NCBI GenBank assembly: GCA_964487895.1
Contig: CAZASM010000004.1
Span: 1 to 55,641 of the forward strand
Source of the DNA: an uncultured Gammaproteobacteria bacterium
GTDB taxonomy: Bacteria > Patescibacteriota > Patescibacteriia > UBA1558 > 2-01-FULL-52-15
DNA length: 55,641 bases
Direction: 5' to 3'
The notes below the pieces were generated by a model, which was not told where the DNA came from, did not search any database, and saw nothing but the letters and a program-made list of their open reading frames with translations. Positions 9,727 to 19,425 of this stretch are shown here, in pieces; positions within the stretch are counted from its first letter, which is position 1; every line of letters starts with the position of its first letter. Made by a program: the position numbers and the translations under genes.

Positions 9727-10260
9727 CATTTACCCCTCCTTTACAAGTAGGTCTGCCCGTCGCAGGCAGGGGCTAGGGGAGGTAAGTAATTCTTACGGAA
9801 TGAACTTGACCCTTATCTAACACCTGTTATGCTTATCCATGTACAAAAGGAGGAGCTCCGAAGGATTAGAAACGGGGCCTCTGATCCCTGTCGCGTCCGA
9901 TCATTGAGTTTCCAGCACTCAATGGCGACTAGGAGCTCCTCCATCTTCTTCGTTCATTCTATTTTTAGAGGGAAGGCCCGACACTTCAACCGCGAGCTGT
10001 CTGATCCGTTGGCAACGAAAGACGGTTTGCGGCCTTGAACGGCTGCGTCTGACAAGGCGCGCGGCCTGGGGCTTTCCCTCACTTGTTCATTTGATTACAG
10101 AACGCTGCCAAAAAAAACATGAGAAGTCGCTCACCACGGCTTCGCGGAGGTCCCCACCTCATGTGATGGTATTTCAGGGCACCATCGGCAGCGTTCACTT
10201 CTCACCGAGTAGCGGTTGAATTGCTCTGACAGCCCCCCTGTTGTCAGACGGTTTGGCTTC
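9727..10260 (+). other. High-GC non-coding structured region (candidate ncRNA or decayed foreign sequence) opening high-GC island 1
   Basis: Much higher GC than the flanks by eye. Nested perfect inverted repeats, for example ggaggagctcc...ggagctcctcc (9848-9943) enclosing cattgagt/actcaatg, and ctgcc/ggcag. No convincing ORF. Confidence 0.4.
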
Positions 10261-10360
10261 TGCTCGGTTTTTTTGATCATTACAATTTGACATTTTATAA
10301 ACCATATCCTATATTTTTGAATTGTAAGATGTCCTTTATATATTGAAGTTTAGATTTTGG

Positions 10361-10423
10361 GCTGATAGGTAGATTTAAATTATTTAAATGTAGCTATCAG
10401 CCCATAGTACTATCGGATATCCC
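10361..10423. repeat. Two perfect palindromes: gggctgatag-[25 nt]-ctatcagccc and ctatcggatatcccgatag
   Basis: Read directly; 10-bp and 7-bp perfect stems sharing ctatc. They lie between a putative promoter (ttgaca-17-tatatt, about 10289-10320) and the RBS of the island-1 gene. Confidence 0.6.
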
Positions 10424-10456
10424 GATAGACACAGGTGGCTGAAGAAGGAGGTTCGA

Positions 10457-11098
10457 TTGCTCGGTAACCCGCGGCACTTGAAGTATCCCCCCTGGTTCGA
10501 CACCTGTGTGACTCTGTTCGTGACTCTGATGGTCGCGCTCGGCTTCGGGCTCCTGATGCCCGTCAAGGCCGAAGCGGCAACGACGAAGTCTGTTTCCGGC
10601 GGTCTCCCTTTGGAGTGGTACGCAACCTGTCCCTCCAAGGCTGAGCCCCCCATGATCGGCGCGCAGTCCGCGGCAATGTTGCTGCAGGAAGTGAGGTCGG
10701 CTGACGCCACCTACGCTGCTTGCATGGCGAATTTCGGTCACTGCGTATTCTCTGCGACGAACTACGCGACGGTATCGATCACGAATCACGCCGACGGCGC
10801 CTCGATGATCATGCCAGCGATGATGACGACCACCGGCGGCAATACCAATGCCGCGGTTCTGATCAGCTACTATATCTCGACTATGCCCGACCGTTCCAAC
10901 CCGGCGGCCTATACCTCGGAGGGCGCCTCGACCGGGCGTTTCACCGGCGCCGCGTCGATGTACGCGGAGTTCGTTCCCGAGTATCGTCTTTCCAGGCCGG
11001 ATGTGGTCAAGACTCACTACTCACGACAACTGGACCGGGCGACTCGCGCGTCGCCCACCCACTCAACCAACCGGTTGATCCTGCGCAGGTTCTGCTGA
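10457..11098 (+). CDS. High-GC secreted hypothetical protein (signal peptide, Ala/Thr/Ser-rich)
   Basis: RBS aaggagg precedes a TTG start. Signal-peptide-like LFVTLMVALGFGLLMPVKAEA. The frame is uncertain because GC-rich DNA gives long ORFs in several frames. Confidence 0.4.
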   Translation: MLGNPRHLKYPPWFDTCVTLFVTLMVALGFGLLMPVKAEAATTKSVSGGLPLEWYATCPSKAEPPMIGAQSAAMLLQEVRSADATYAACMANFGHCVFSATNYATVSITNHADGASMIMPAMMTTTGGNTNAAVLISYYISTMPDRSNPAAYTSEGASTGRFTGAASMYAEFVPEYRLSRPDVVKTHYSRQLDRATRASPTHSTNRLILRRFC

Positions 11099-11154
11099 CC
11101 TGCACTTCTCGCCATCGGGACGCTTCCCGAAGTAGTTCAGTCTCGTGCTGACTA

Positions 11155-11195
11155 CGCCCCCGTTCGCTTCGGCGCTCGGGGGTTTTTTATTTTAG
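11155..11195 (+). terminator. Rho-independent terminator (gcccccgttcgcttcggcgctcgggggtttttt)
   Basis: GC-rich stem-loop followed by T-run; closes island 1. Confidence 0.6.
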
Positions 11196-11321
11196 TAATT
11201 TTTCAAGGGCAGGTCTCGACCTGCCCCTACAAATGCGAATTACATTTCCCCAATTCCTAATTTCTTAATTCATAATTCTTCATTCTTATTTTCTCACACT
11301 CGTGTTATAATAATCTCAATC

Positions 11322-13061
11322 ATGGTAAAAAAATATACGTGGAAAATCGGCGGCGAAGCAGGTTTTGGAATCAAAAGTGCCGGTCTGACGTTCAGTAAAA
11401 TTTGTACACGTGCGGGCTACGAAATTTTCGATGGTTCTGATTATCCATCGTTGATTCGTGGTGGTCATAATACCTATCAAGTAACTTTGAGTGATCAGCC
11501 GGTCTACAGCACAGAACAACAGGTTGATTTACTCGTGGCGCTGAATCAAAACACAGTAGATTTTCATTGGTCTGAGCTCAATCACGGAGCTGCTGTGATC
11601 TATGACAAGACGACAACTAAGATTCCCCGTCATGACGCTAACAAAAATATTCGTCTTTATCACGTACCTTTCAAAGATATTATTACCAAAGCGGACGGCT
11701 TCATCGTGATGCGTAATGTCGTAGCGCTGGGGGCTACTTTGGCTTTGATGAAGCTACCGTTTCGTCTACTGGAGAGTATGTTGAAAGAAACTTTTATTGA
11801 TAAACCAAAAATAATAGATATTAATGTCCGTACAGCTAAAGCCGGCTATGACTACGTGCAGAAAGAGTATCACGAAGAAGAATATAAAATTGATCTCAGT
11901 CATTTTACACCCCGTGACAAGAAGCATCAGCGTTTGGTCATTCCTGGTAATGAAGCAATTGCTCTTGGTGCTCTAGCGGCTGGCTGTAATTTCTACGCTG
12001 CTTATCCTATGACACCGTCTTCGTCCATCTTACATTATTTAGCTAGTGTAGCAGCTACTAACAAGATGATCGTCAAACACGCTGAGGATGAAATCTCGGT
12101 GATTAATATGGCACTTGGCGCTTCACATGTTGGTGCGCGAGCGATGATTGGTACCTCTGGTGGCGGCTTTTCTCTAATGGTCGAAGCTCTAGGCTTAGCT
12201 GGTATTACTGAAACGCCATTAGTTGTTGTTGAGGCGCAGCGCCCTGGTCCAGCCACAGGTTTACCAACCTGGACAGGACAAGCTGATCTACAATTTGTCT
12301 TACATGCTGCCCAAGATGAGTTTCCTCGTATTATTCTGGCACCGGGTGACACCGAAGAATGTTTCTATTTGACGGCTCAAGCTTTCAATTGGGCAGAGCA
12401 ATATCAATTGCCAGTAGTTATCTTGACTGATAAATATTTGGGCGAGGGTTATCGTAGTACAGTGGAGTTTGATTTAAAGAAAATAAAGATTAACCGCGGT
12501 AAACTATTAACTGCCAGTGCTGCTGCTCGAGCAAAAGATTTCAAAAGATTCAAAGTCACTGCAGATGGCGTCTCACCGCGCACGTTGCCAGGAATGAAAG
12601 GTGGAGAGTTCTTAGCCAATAGCGACGAGCATGATGAATATGGCTGGTCACATGAGGGCTCTGAGAATCGTATCTCTCAATATGACAAAAGAGCTCGTAA
12701 ATTACAGTTAGCAGCAGCACAGCTTGGTGGTGCAAATGTCTATGGTAATCCTAAGGCTAAGAAAACCATTATTGCTTGGGGTTCAACTAAAGGTCCAATA
12801 CTTGATGCTCTGTCTACTATGACACGAGGTAAGGAATTTAAACTCTTACACCTGAATGTCATCTGGCCTTTTCCCAAAGAAGCAGTTAGTAAGGTTTTGG
12901 CTAGTAGTAAAAAGGTTATCCTGATGGAAAATAACGGTACTGGTCAGCTGGGAAATATCATTGCTCAAGAAACTGGTTATGAGATTCGACAGAAGTTTTT
13001 GAAATATGATGGCAGGCCTTTGTTTCCGGAGGAGATTAGACAGCATTTAGCAGGTTTATAA
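11322..13061 (+). CDS. korA: 2-oxoacid:ferredoxin oxidoreductase alpha (fused alpha/gamma) subunit
   Basis: The N-terminus WKIGGEAGFGIKSAG...GSDYPSLIRGGHN resembles the two-subunit KorAB type. Confidence 0.75.
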   Translation: MVKKYTWKIGGEAGFGIKSAGLTFSKICTRAGYEIFDGSDYPSLIRGGHNTYQVTLSDQPVYSTEQQVDLLVALNQNTVDFHWSELNHGAAVIYDKTTTKIPRHDANKNIRLYHVPFKDIITKADGFIVMRNVVALGATLALMKLPFRLLESMLKETFIDKPKIIDINVRTAKAGYDYVQKEYHEEEYKIDLSHFTPRDKKHQRLVIPGNEAIALGALAAGCNFYAAYPMTPSSSILHYLASVAATNKMIVKHAEDEISVINMALGASHVGARAMIGTSGGGFSLMVEALGLAGITETPLVVVEAQRPGPATGLPTWTGQADLQFVLHAAQDEFPRIILAPGDTEECFYLTAQAFNWAEQYQLPVVILTDKYLGEGYRSTVEFDLKKIKINRGKLLTASAAARAKDFKRFKVTADGVSPRTLPGMKGGEFLANSDEHDEYGWSHEGSENRISQYDKRARKLQLAAAQLGGANVYGNPKAKKTIIAWGSTKGPILDALSTMTRGKEFKLLHLNVIWPFPKEAVSKVLASSKKVILMENNGTGQLGNIIAQETGYEIRQKFLKYDGRPLFPEEIRQHLAGL

Positions 13062-13235
13062 TGTAGCTCTTCTGCGTGCGTTTTAGTTTGATAATAATCA
13101 ATAATCAAATTACAATAACCAAACAATATTAAATATTTAAATTCAAATAATAAAACACCAATCTTGAAGACGCTTCGATATTAAAGATTAATTATTGTTT
13201 GAAATTTGATTATTGAGTATTGATTATTTCTATCT

Positions 13236-14093
13236 ATGTTACAACGCGATAAACTAAATAGTAAAAACAAACCCACCTGGTGTCCTGGCTGTGGTAATTT
13301 TGCTTTGTGGCTGTGCTTGAAACAAGCTTTGACTAATTTGGGTATTCCCGCACATAAAGTTTTGATAGTCTATGGTGTTGGATGTTCTGGTAATATGTCT
13401 AATACTTTGAAGACTTATGGCTGGCACTCATTGCACGGGCGAGCAGTACCAACAGCTATCGGTGCTAAGCTAGCTAATAAAGATCTAACGGTCATTGTGG
13501 CAGGCGGTGACGGTGATGGTTACGGTGAGGGTTTGAATCATTTCATTCATGGTCTACGTGGTAATGTTGATATTACCTATCTAGTACACGACAATCAGGT
13601 TTACGGGTTAACTACTGGGCAGAATTCACCGACAACCACGAAAGGTACTGCCTCCAAGTCCAATCCTCAAGGTGTGATTGATCAAGCCCTGAATCCAATT
13701 GCTATGGCTCTGGCTGCCGGTGGCGGATTTATTGGCCGAGGCTTTGTCGGTTATGCTGATCATCTGACCCAGCTCATCATGGATGCTATTCAGTACAAAG
13801 GTTTTTCTTTCGTTGATATTTTTCAACCTTGTGTTACTTATAACAAGGTAAATACCTACCAATATTTTTATGACCATCTGTATCTGTTGGACAGTAGTCA
13901 TCAAATTAATGACAGAATGGCTGCTTGGACTAAAGCGTGGGAGTGGTCTGAGAAGATACCTTATGGTTTAATCTACCGTGATAACACTAAGAAAGATTAT
14001 TTGTCAGAGTTAACACATTTACCATCCGGTCCTCTAGCGGGTGTCGAGATTAAACCTCGTAACGTTACTTCTTTGATGAAAGATTTCATGTAG
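13236..14093 (+). CDS. korB: 2-oxoacid:ferredoxin oxidoreductase beta subunit (TPP-binding)
   Basis: WCPGCGNFA motif and a GDG...N TPP-binding region. Confidence 0.75.
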   Translation: MLQRDKLNSKNKPTWCPGCGNFALWLCLKQALTNLGIPAHKVLIVYGVGCSGNMSNTLKTYGWHSLHGRAVPTAIGAKLANKDLTVIVAGGDGDGYGEGLNHFIHGLRGNVDITYLVHDNQVYGLTTGQNSPTTTKGTASKSNPQGVIDQALNPIAMALAAGGGFIGRGFVGYADHLTQLIMDAIQYKGFSFVDIFQPCVTYNKVNTYQYFYDHLYLLDSSHQINDRMAAWTKAWEWSEKIPYGLIYRDNTKKDYLSELTHLPSGPLAGVEIKPRNVTSLMKDFM

Positions 14094-14098
14094 AGTTT

Positions 14099-14431
14099 AT
14101 GAGGAAAAAAGCTCTAGTACAAATTCAAACAACTGGAGTGACTGTTGCGCACGAACCAACGGTTGAAGCGGTCTTGTTGCAAGGAGTATTAGGTGAAGGC
14201 ATGGAGGCTATTTGGGAGGGAGCGGTTATTATTATCACTTCACTACAAACCTTGAGTGGTGAAATAGTTCAGGAGTTTGTTGGTATCAAACAGTCAGTAA
14301 GCTTAACAATAGAAATTTCCGACCCTAGTAAATTACAAGCTTTAACAGGCCAAAACTTGACCTTTTCGTCAGAGCAGAGTATCCCTGTAATAGATAGTAT
14401 TCAATCATGGCAAACAGAATCAACAACTTAA
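14099..14431 (+). CDS. Hypothetical 110-aa protein
   Basis: ORF only; no motif. Overlaps the start of the next gene. Confidence 0.25.
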   Translation: MRKKALVQIQTTGVTVAHEPTVEAVLLQGVLGEGMEAIWEGAVIIITSLQTLSGEIVQEFVGIKQSVSLTIEISDPSKLQALTGQNLTFSSEQSIPVIDSIQSWQTESTT

Positions 14432-16215
14432 TATCGATCTCTTTCGTTTTATTGGTAGGTATCTTTATGACCTTACCAGTAGCGGTTTTAGCTCTTGATG
14501 GTAATCAATTTACTAATCCACCTGAAGTTGCCAACACGAGTCAAATTAGTTTTACGATTGACTCTACTGATCAAGATGTTTTGGCCGGACAGGTATATTT
14601 TATTATCAGTAGTCCGACTGCTCTTGAGGATCAGCCGATTGTTTTCTTGTTAAGCCTTGATGGTTCGATTGTCAAACAGATTAGCCTGAGGACCTTGTCA
14701 GTGGCGCGAAGACATTGGCAGTTGGCTTTTGATACCACGGAGGTTCCGAATGGTTCGTATCATCTTGTTGTTGGCAGGTTGAATACTAATTTCCAGCCAG
14801 AAGTTTGGTATGATGCTGGTTGGAAACAAATTTTTAATCTCACGGAAGCTAAAGTTGAGGCAACCCCGACGAAAGTTTTAGCTGTACCAACAACTACTCC
14901 GCCGACTATTTTAGAGGATTTGCCGTTTATCATTAGTACATCAAGTACTTCTACTCAGCAGGATCAAGGTGTGGTAACGAAAACAACTGGATTCGAGAAG
15001 ATTCCAGAGTCAATCATAGAAGTAACTAAGTATTGTCAGGATCAAGGCGTGGCGGATGCTACTCAATGTAGTGTTTTAGAATTAACTCAGAGATATCCAG
15101 AATGTCGGTCGGCTGGCCTTTGGCAAATAGCTGATTGCCAAAAATATTTGGGTCAAATTTATTTTGCTCAAGCTTGCGAACCAGAACATATAACTAATGT
15201 TGATCAATGTCGGCAGTATTGGCAACAAGCAGCGGGTGAATATTTAAGCTGTAGTTTGCCTCAGGCTGAGTGCTCGGAGATTTCTTCTAGGCATGTTGGT
15301 GAGCTGGTGGCACATTGGATTGTCAGCCAAAAGTCCGGCGCGGTATTATCTGAGTTGATGGATAAATTATTGACTTTTGAAACTTTGCAACAAGGCTTGT
15401 CTGCTCATGGCGTGGCAACTGACAACACGATGATTCAGCCATTAGGATTCGCTGATCACTCAGGTTTGAAACTATTCCCGGCCAAGTCAGCTATTATGGT
15501 AGAAGCCGATGGTACGCTGGTTAGTAGCTGGCCAGCAGTAATGATGTTTGATAGTGATGCTGATGGTCTAATGGATGACGCTGAGCTACGCTATGGGACC
15601 AAAAAAGATCAGGCCGATACTGATGGTGATGGCTATCTCGACGGTGATGAAGTAGAGCATAATTTTAACCCCTTGGGTTCTGGATCTTTGATTGCTTCGT
15701 TGTCAGCAGTGGATAGTTTGATTTTTTCTGGCAAGACTTGGCAACAACCATTACAAGATGGCGATCGCGATGCCCACTTGCTGATTAATGAAATCAAACC
15801 ATTTTCTAATGGTAAGGGCGTGATTATTTCTGGTCAGGCTCAAACTTTACAAACCGTCACACTATTTATCTATGGTAGTCAGATTCCGCTAGTCGCTAGC
15901 GTGAGAGCTGATGAGCAGGGAAGTTGGATTTATTATCTAGGACAGCCACTGGTTGATGGCAGATATACTATCTATGCTACTGAGCTGACGCAGGAAGGTT
16001 TAATCAGAGGAAAAAGTGCAGCTAGAACTATGTATCTAAAAAATAATCAACCTGTGACGCCATTAATTTTTGTCCAGGAACAACCAAGAGTGTTGGGTCT
16101 TGATTTCGGCACCATACCATCTTCACCGATGATTCTGAGGATTATTACTGGAGTCATTGTTGCTGGTAGTTTACTATTTTTCATTGGTTGGTTGGTCTCT
16201 CGTAAAGGACGATAG
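14407..16215 (+). CDS. Large secreted/cell-surface protein with thrombospondin-type-3-like Ca-binding repeats (DxDxDG) and C-terminal TM anchor
   Basis: N-terminal signal/TM. Repeats DSDADGLMDDAELRYGTKKDQADTDGDGYLDGDEVEHNFNP. C-terminal hydrophobic helix plus RKGR tail. Confidence 0.6.
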   Translation: MANRINNLISISFVLLVGIFMTLPVAVLALDGNQFTNPPEVANTSQISFTIDSTDQDVLAGQVYFIISSPTALEDQPIVFLLSLDGSIVKQISLRTLSVARRHWQLAFDTTEVPNGSYHLVVGRLNTNFQPEVWYDAGWKQIFNLTEAKVEATPTKVLAVPTTTPPTILEDLPFIISTSSTSTQQDQGVVTKTTGFEKIPESIIEVTKYCQDQGVADATQCSVLELTQRYPECRSAGLWQIADCQKYLGQIYFAQACEPEHITNVDQCRQYWQQAAGEYLSCSLPQAECSEISSRHVGELVAHWIVSQKSGAVLSELMDKLLTFETLQQGLSAHGVATDNTMIQPLGFADHSGLKLFPAKSAIMVEADGTLVSSWPAVMMFDSDADGLMDDAELRYGTKKDQADTDGDGYLDGDEVEHNFNPLGSGSLIASLSAVDSLIFSGKTWQQPLQDGDRDAHLLINEIKPFSNGKGVIISGQAQTLQTVTLFIYGSQIPLVASVRADEQGSWIYYLGQPLVDGRYTIYATELTQEGLIRGKSAARTMYLKNNQPVTPLIFVQEQPRVLGLDFGTIPSSPMILRIITGVIVAGSLLFFIGWLVSRKGR

Positions 16216-16240
16216 ATATCTATCGTCCAGTGTGCCCAAA

Positions 16241-16290
16241 GGGTAGGAGTTGCGCTAGCGCAACTCGACTGCGGTCCGCTAGCGGACCGC
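16241..16290. terminator. Two adjacent GC-rich palindromic hairpins (gttgcgctagcgcaac; gcggtccgctagcggaccgc)
   Basis: Perfect palindromes with a CTAG core; one member of a hairpin family seen at several gene ends in this window. Confidence 0.5.
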
Positions 16291-16419
16291 CTACTAATAA
16301 TATGATTGCCCCATTAGAGTTGCCTTGAACTTAATGAATTATCTAATGGGTTTTTATGTTATAATAATGATACTTCCATTACTCTTCTTTATTCATTCTT
16401 CACTCTTAATTTTCCACTC

Positions 16420-17391
16420 ATGCCAAACAATAAATCAGCAGAAATAATTTACGATTGTATCATCATCGGCGCTGGTCCAGCTGGCATGTCCGCTGGTGTT
16501 TATTTAGCCCGACGTCAATTAAAAACTTTAATTTTATCCAAAGATGTCGGTGGTCAAGCAGCTTGGTCTTCGGATGTCGAAAACTATTTAGGTTTTCATC
16601 TTGTTTCGGGAGCAGAATTAGCAGCCAAGTTTGTCACTCATCTCCAAGATTTTGATATTCAGCTATTGCAAGGAGCAGAAGTGAAAACTATTACTGGTCA
16701 AGCTCCAGATTTTATCATTACCACTCAAGACGCTACCTATCACACAAAGGCGGTGGTGATAGGTGCGGGCAAAATTCCACGTAAATTGAACGTCCCGGGA
16801 GAAAAAGAATTTTTGGGCAAAGGTGTGATCTATTGTGCTACTTGTGACGCGCCCTTATTCAAAGGTAAAACAGTGGCTGTGATTGGTGGCGGTAACTCAG
16901 CGCTTGATGCTGTCCTACAGTTAGATAAATTGGCCACTAAAATTTATCTGATTAACTTGATGGACTCTTTCGCTCCTACTGCTGACGCCGTGATGGTTGA
17001 TCGATTATCAAAGTCACCAAAAATTGAGGTCATTATGTCTAGTCAGACCAAAGAAATTCGTGGTTCCAAAGTAGTGGAAATGATTGTCGTGGAAAATAAG
17101 CAGACTAAAGCGCTACGCGAGATTCCAGTGCAAGGTATTTTCATCGAAATCGGTTCTGAGCCATCAGTTAGCTATCTGCCGAGTGAGATGAAGTTAAATC
17201 AGTGGAAGGAAATTATCGTTGACGAGCACAATATGACTTCAATTGAAGGTATCTTTGCTGGCGGTGATGTGACTAACGTTGCGGAAAAACAAGTGATCAT
17301 TGCGGCTGGTGAAGGTGCGAAAGCTGCGCTGGGAGCTTCACGCTTTTTAGAAACCCATCATTATATTGAAGGCTCAGCGCCACATTATTAA
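16420..17391 (+). CDS. trxB: Thioredoxin-disulfide reductase
   Basis: FAD motif IIGAGPAGMSAG and redox-active CATC. Confidence 0.8.
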   Translation: MPNNKSAEIIYDCIIIGAGPAGMSAGVYLARRQLKTLILSKDVGGQAAWSSDVENYLGFHLVSGAELAAKFVTHLQDFDIQLLQGAEVKTITGQAPDFIITTQDATYHTKAVVIGAGKIPRKLNVPGEKEFLGKGVIYCATCDAPLFKGKTVAVIGGGNSALDAVLQLDKLATKIYLINLMDSFAPTADAVMVDRLSKSPKIEVIMSSQTKEIRGSKVVEMIVVENKQTKALREIPVQGIFIEIGSEPSVSYLPSEMKLNQWKEIIVDEHNMTSIEGIFAGGDVTNVAEKQVIIAAGEGAKAALGASRFLETHHYIEGSAPHY

Positions 17392-17392
17392 T

Positions 17393-18487
17393 ATGAAAAA
17401 GATTATTATCGGTAGTGATCACGCGGGCTTTACCCTGAAAGAGCAGGTAAAGAAATGGCTAGTCCAACACGACTGGCAGGTTATTGATTTGAGTAATAAA
17501 GCAGTACAACCAGACGACGATTATCCTTTGATAGCACAGCGTGTAGCAAAAGAAGTGGCCAAGCTGTCGACTGCTCGAGGTATTTTGCTCTGCGGTAACG
17601 CTCAGGGTGTCTGTATTGTGGCCAATAAGGTCAAAGGCATTAGAGCGGCAGTTGGCTATAGTATCTATGGTGCTAGAACTTCGCGTCAAGATGATGATAG
17701 TAATATTTTATGTTTAGCTGGACGAGTGCTGACGACCGAACAAGCTCAAGATATGCTGCGTGTTTGGTTAGATACTAGTTTTTCCAAAGCAGTGCGTCAT
17801 CAGCGACGTTTGCGCGAGGTTGTGGCGATAGAAAAAAACCAAGCCAGCTCAGTGGAGATTATTCCTTCGTTGTTAGTGAAAAATATTAGCCAGTTTAAGA
17901 AACGTCTCGCTCAAGTAGAAAAGTTTTTCCCCTTAGCTCAGCTCGATGTAGCAGATGGTACTTTAGTTGCTAATGAAACTTTCTCTGATTGGAAACAAAT
18001 TCGTCGTCTGAAGACCGATGTGGTCTATGATCTACATTTGATGATACAACAACCGGAGAAATATTTAGAAAATATTACTAGTTTTAATAAAATTTATCGT
18101 GTTTTTTTTCACCTGGAGTCAGAAGTAGACGCACCGAAGTTGATTCGTTGGTTACGTCGTCACAAAATCCAAGTTGGTATTGCGCTCAACCCAACTACTC
18201 CAATAAAGAAAGTTAAATCATTATTACCATTAATTGACGCAGTGCTATTGTTAGCAGTCAAACCAGGATTTAATGGTGCTAGTTTTCAAGCGGTAACAAT
18301 CAAGCGTATCAAGGAGTTACGGAAGTTATACAAACATGCGACTATCATTATTGACGGTGGTATGAGACCGGAGACAGTCAAGAAAGTTATCAAAGCTGGA
18401 GCTCAGGCAGTTGTAGTCGGTAGCTATCTACAAAAAACGAAAGATTGGACCAAGGCTATCGCTAAATTGCGAGCAATCAAAAAATAA
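17393..18487 (+). CDS. Bifunctional ribose-5-phosphate isomerase B / ribulose-phosphate 3-epimerase fusion
   Basis: N-terminal half KIIIGSDHAGF...GILLCGNAQGVCIVANK (RpiB/LacAB). C-terminal half DVADGTLVANETF...DLHLMI...IDGGM (Rpe). The ATG at 17393 gives the RpiB-like start. Confidence 0.7.
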   Translation: MKKIIIGSDHAGFTLKEQVKKWLVQHDWQVIDLSNKAVQPDDDYPLIAQRVAKEVAKLSTARGILLCGNAQGVCIVANKVKGIRAAVGYSIYGARTSRQDDDSNILCLAGRVLTTEQAQDMLRVWLDTSFSKAVRHQRRLREVVAIEKNQASSVEIIPSLLVKNISQFKKRLAQVEKFFPLAQLDVADGTLVANETFSDWKQIRRLKTDVVYDLHLMIQQPEKYLENITSFNKIYRVFFHLESEVDAPKLIRWLRRHKIQVGIALNPTTPIKKVKSLLPLIDAVLLLAVKPGFNGASFQAVTIKRIKELRKLYKHATIIIDGGMRPETVKKVIKAGAQAVVVGSYLQKTKDWTKAIAKLRAIKK

Positions 18488-18489
18488 TC

Positions 18490-19338
18490 ATGGCCTCAGT
18501 ACAACAATTAGAATTACGAGCTAATGATTTGCGACAGGCGGTGATCTCCATGTTAGCTACTGCTGGTTCGGGACATTCAGCTGGCCCTCTAGGATTAGCT
18601 GAGCTTTTTTCTGTCTTATATTTTCAGACCTTACATCATAAGCCTAAGGTGCCAAATTGGAGTGAACGTGATCGTTTAATATTATCCGCTGGTCACCTAG
18701 TACCGATTCGTTATGCCGCCATGGCTTATGCTGGATATTTTCCCAAAGCAGAACTAAAAACTTTGCGTCAACTTAATTCTCGTCTGCAGGGTCACCCGAG
18801 CTTAATAGATTTACCAAGTATGGAAAGCTCAGCAGGACCTTTGGGTCAAGGTTTGTCGGTAGCAGTTGGTATGGCTTTGGCTGGACAGATGGATCAGAAA
18901 GATTGGCGAGTGTACTGCGTTTCGAGCGATGGCGAGTTTGATGAGGGTCAGTCGTGGGAAGCTTTGATGATGGCCGCTAAGTATCATCTAGGAAATCTGA
19001 CGGTCTTTCTCGATCGCAACCAAATTCAGATTGATGGCACGACCGAACACATTATGCCACTGGAGCCACTGACAGATAAGTTGCAATCATTTCGTTGGCA
19101 CGTCATTAATATCAACGGACATTCTATCACGGCAATACTGAATGCCATTCACGTCGCGCAGACGATCAAAAATAAACCAACAGTTATTGTTTTACATACC
19201 ACACCAGGAAAAGGTGTAGACTTCATGGAGGACAAGTATGAATGGCATGGTCAGCCACCGACGCCAGCAGAGGCGAAGATTGCTTTACAAGAGTTACGTT
19301 CGTTACGAGGAAGGATTGAGCTCTCAGATCATGATTAG
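18490..19338 (+). CDS. Transketolase, N-terminal (TPP-binding) subunit
   Basis: GHSAGPLG and GHP...D motifs; split transketolase. Confidence 0.8.
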   Translation: MASVQQLELRANDLRQAVISMLATAGSGHSAGPLGLAELFSVLYFQTLHHKPKVPNWSERDRLILSAGHLVPIRYAAMAYAGYFPKAELKTLRQLNSRLQGHPSLIDLPSMESSAGPLGQGLSVAVGMALAGQMDQKDWRVYCVSSDGEFDEGQSWEALMMAAKYHLGNLTVFLDRNQIQIDGTTEHIMPLEPLTDKLQSFRWHVININGHSITAILNAIHVAQTIKNKPTVIVLHTTPGKGVDFMEDKYEWHGQPPTPAEAKIALQELRSLRGRIELSDHD

Positions 19339-19425
19339 AAATAATAGACTCATCGAATAATTGATTCATTGGACGTACCGTCGCAGTAAGCAATTATTCA
19401 ATTAATCTATTAATCAATTACTTTA

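Noticed and set aside
10397-11151. Alternative long ORFs 10397..11017 (minus) and 10720..11151 (plus) in island 1
   Set aside because: They are overlapping frames in GC-rich DNA. Only the 10457..11098 frame has an RBS, a start codon after the palindromes and a signal-peptide-like N-terminus. Even that call is tentative.
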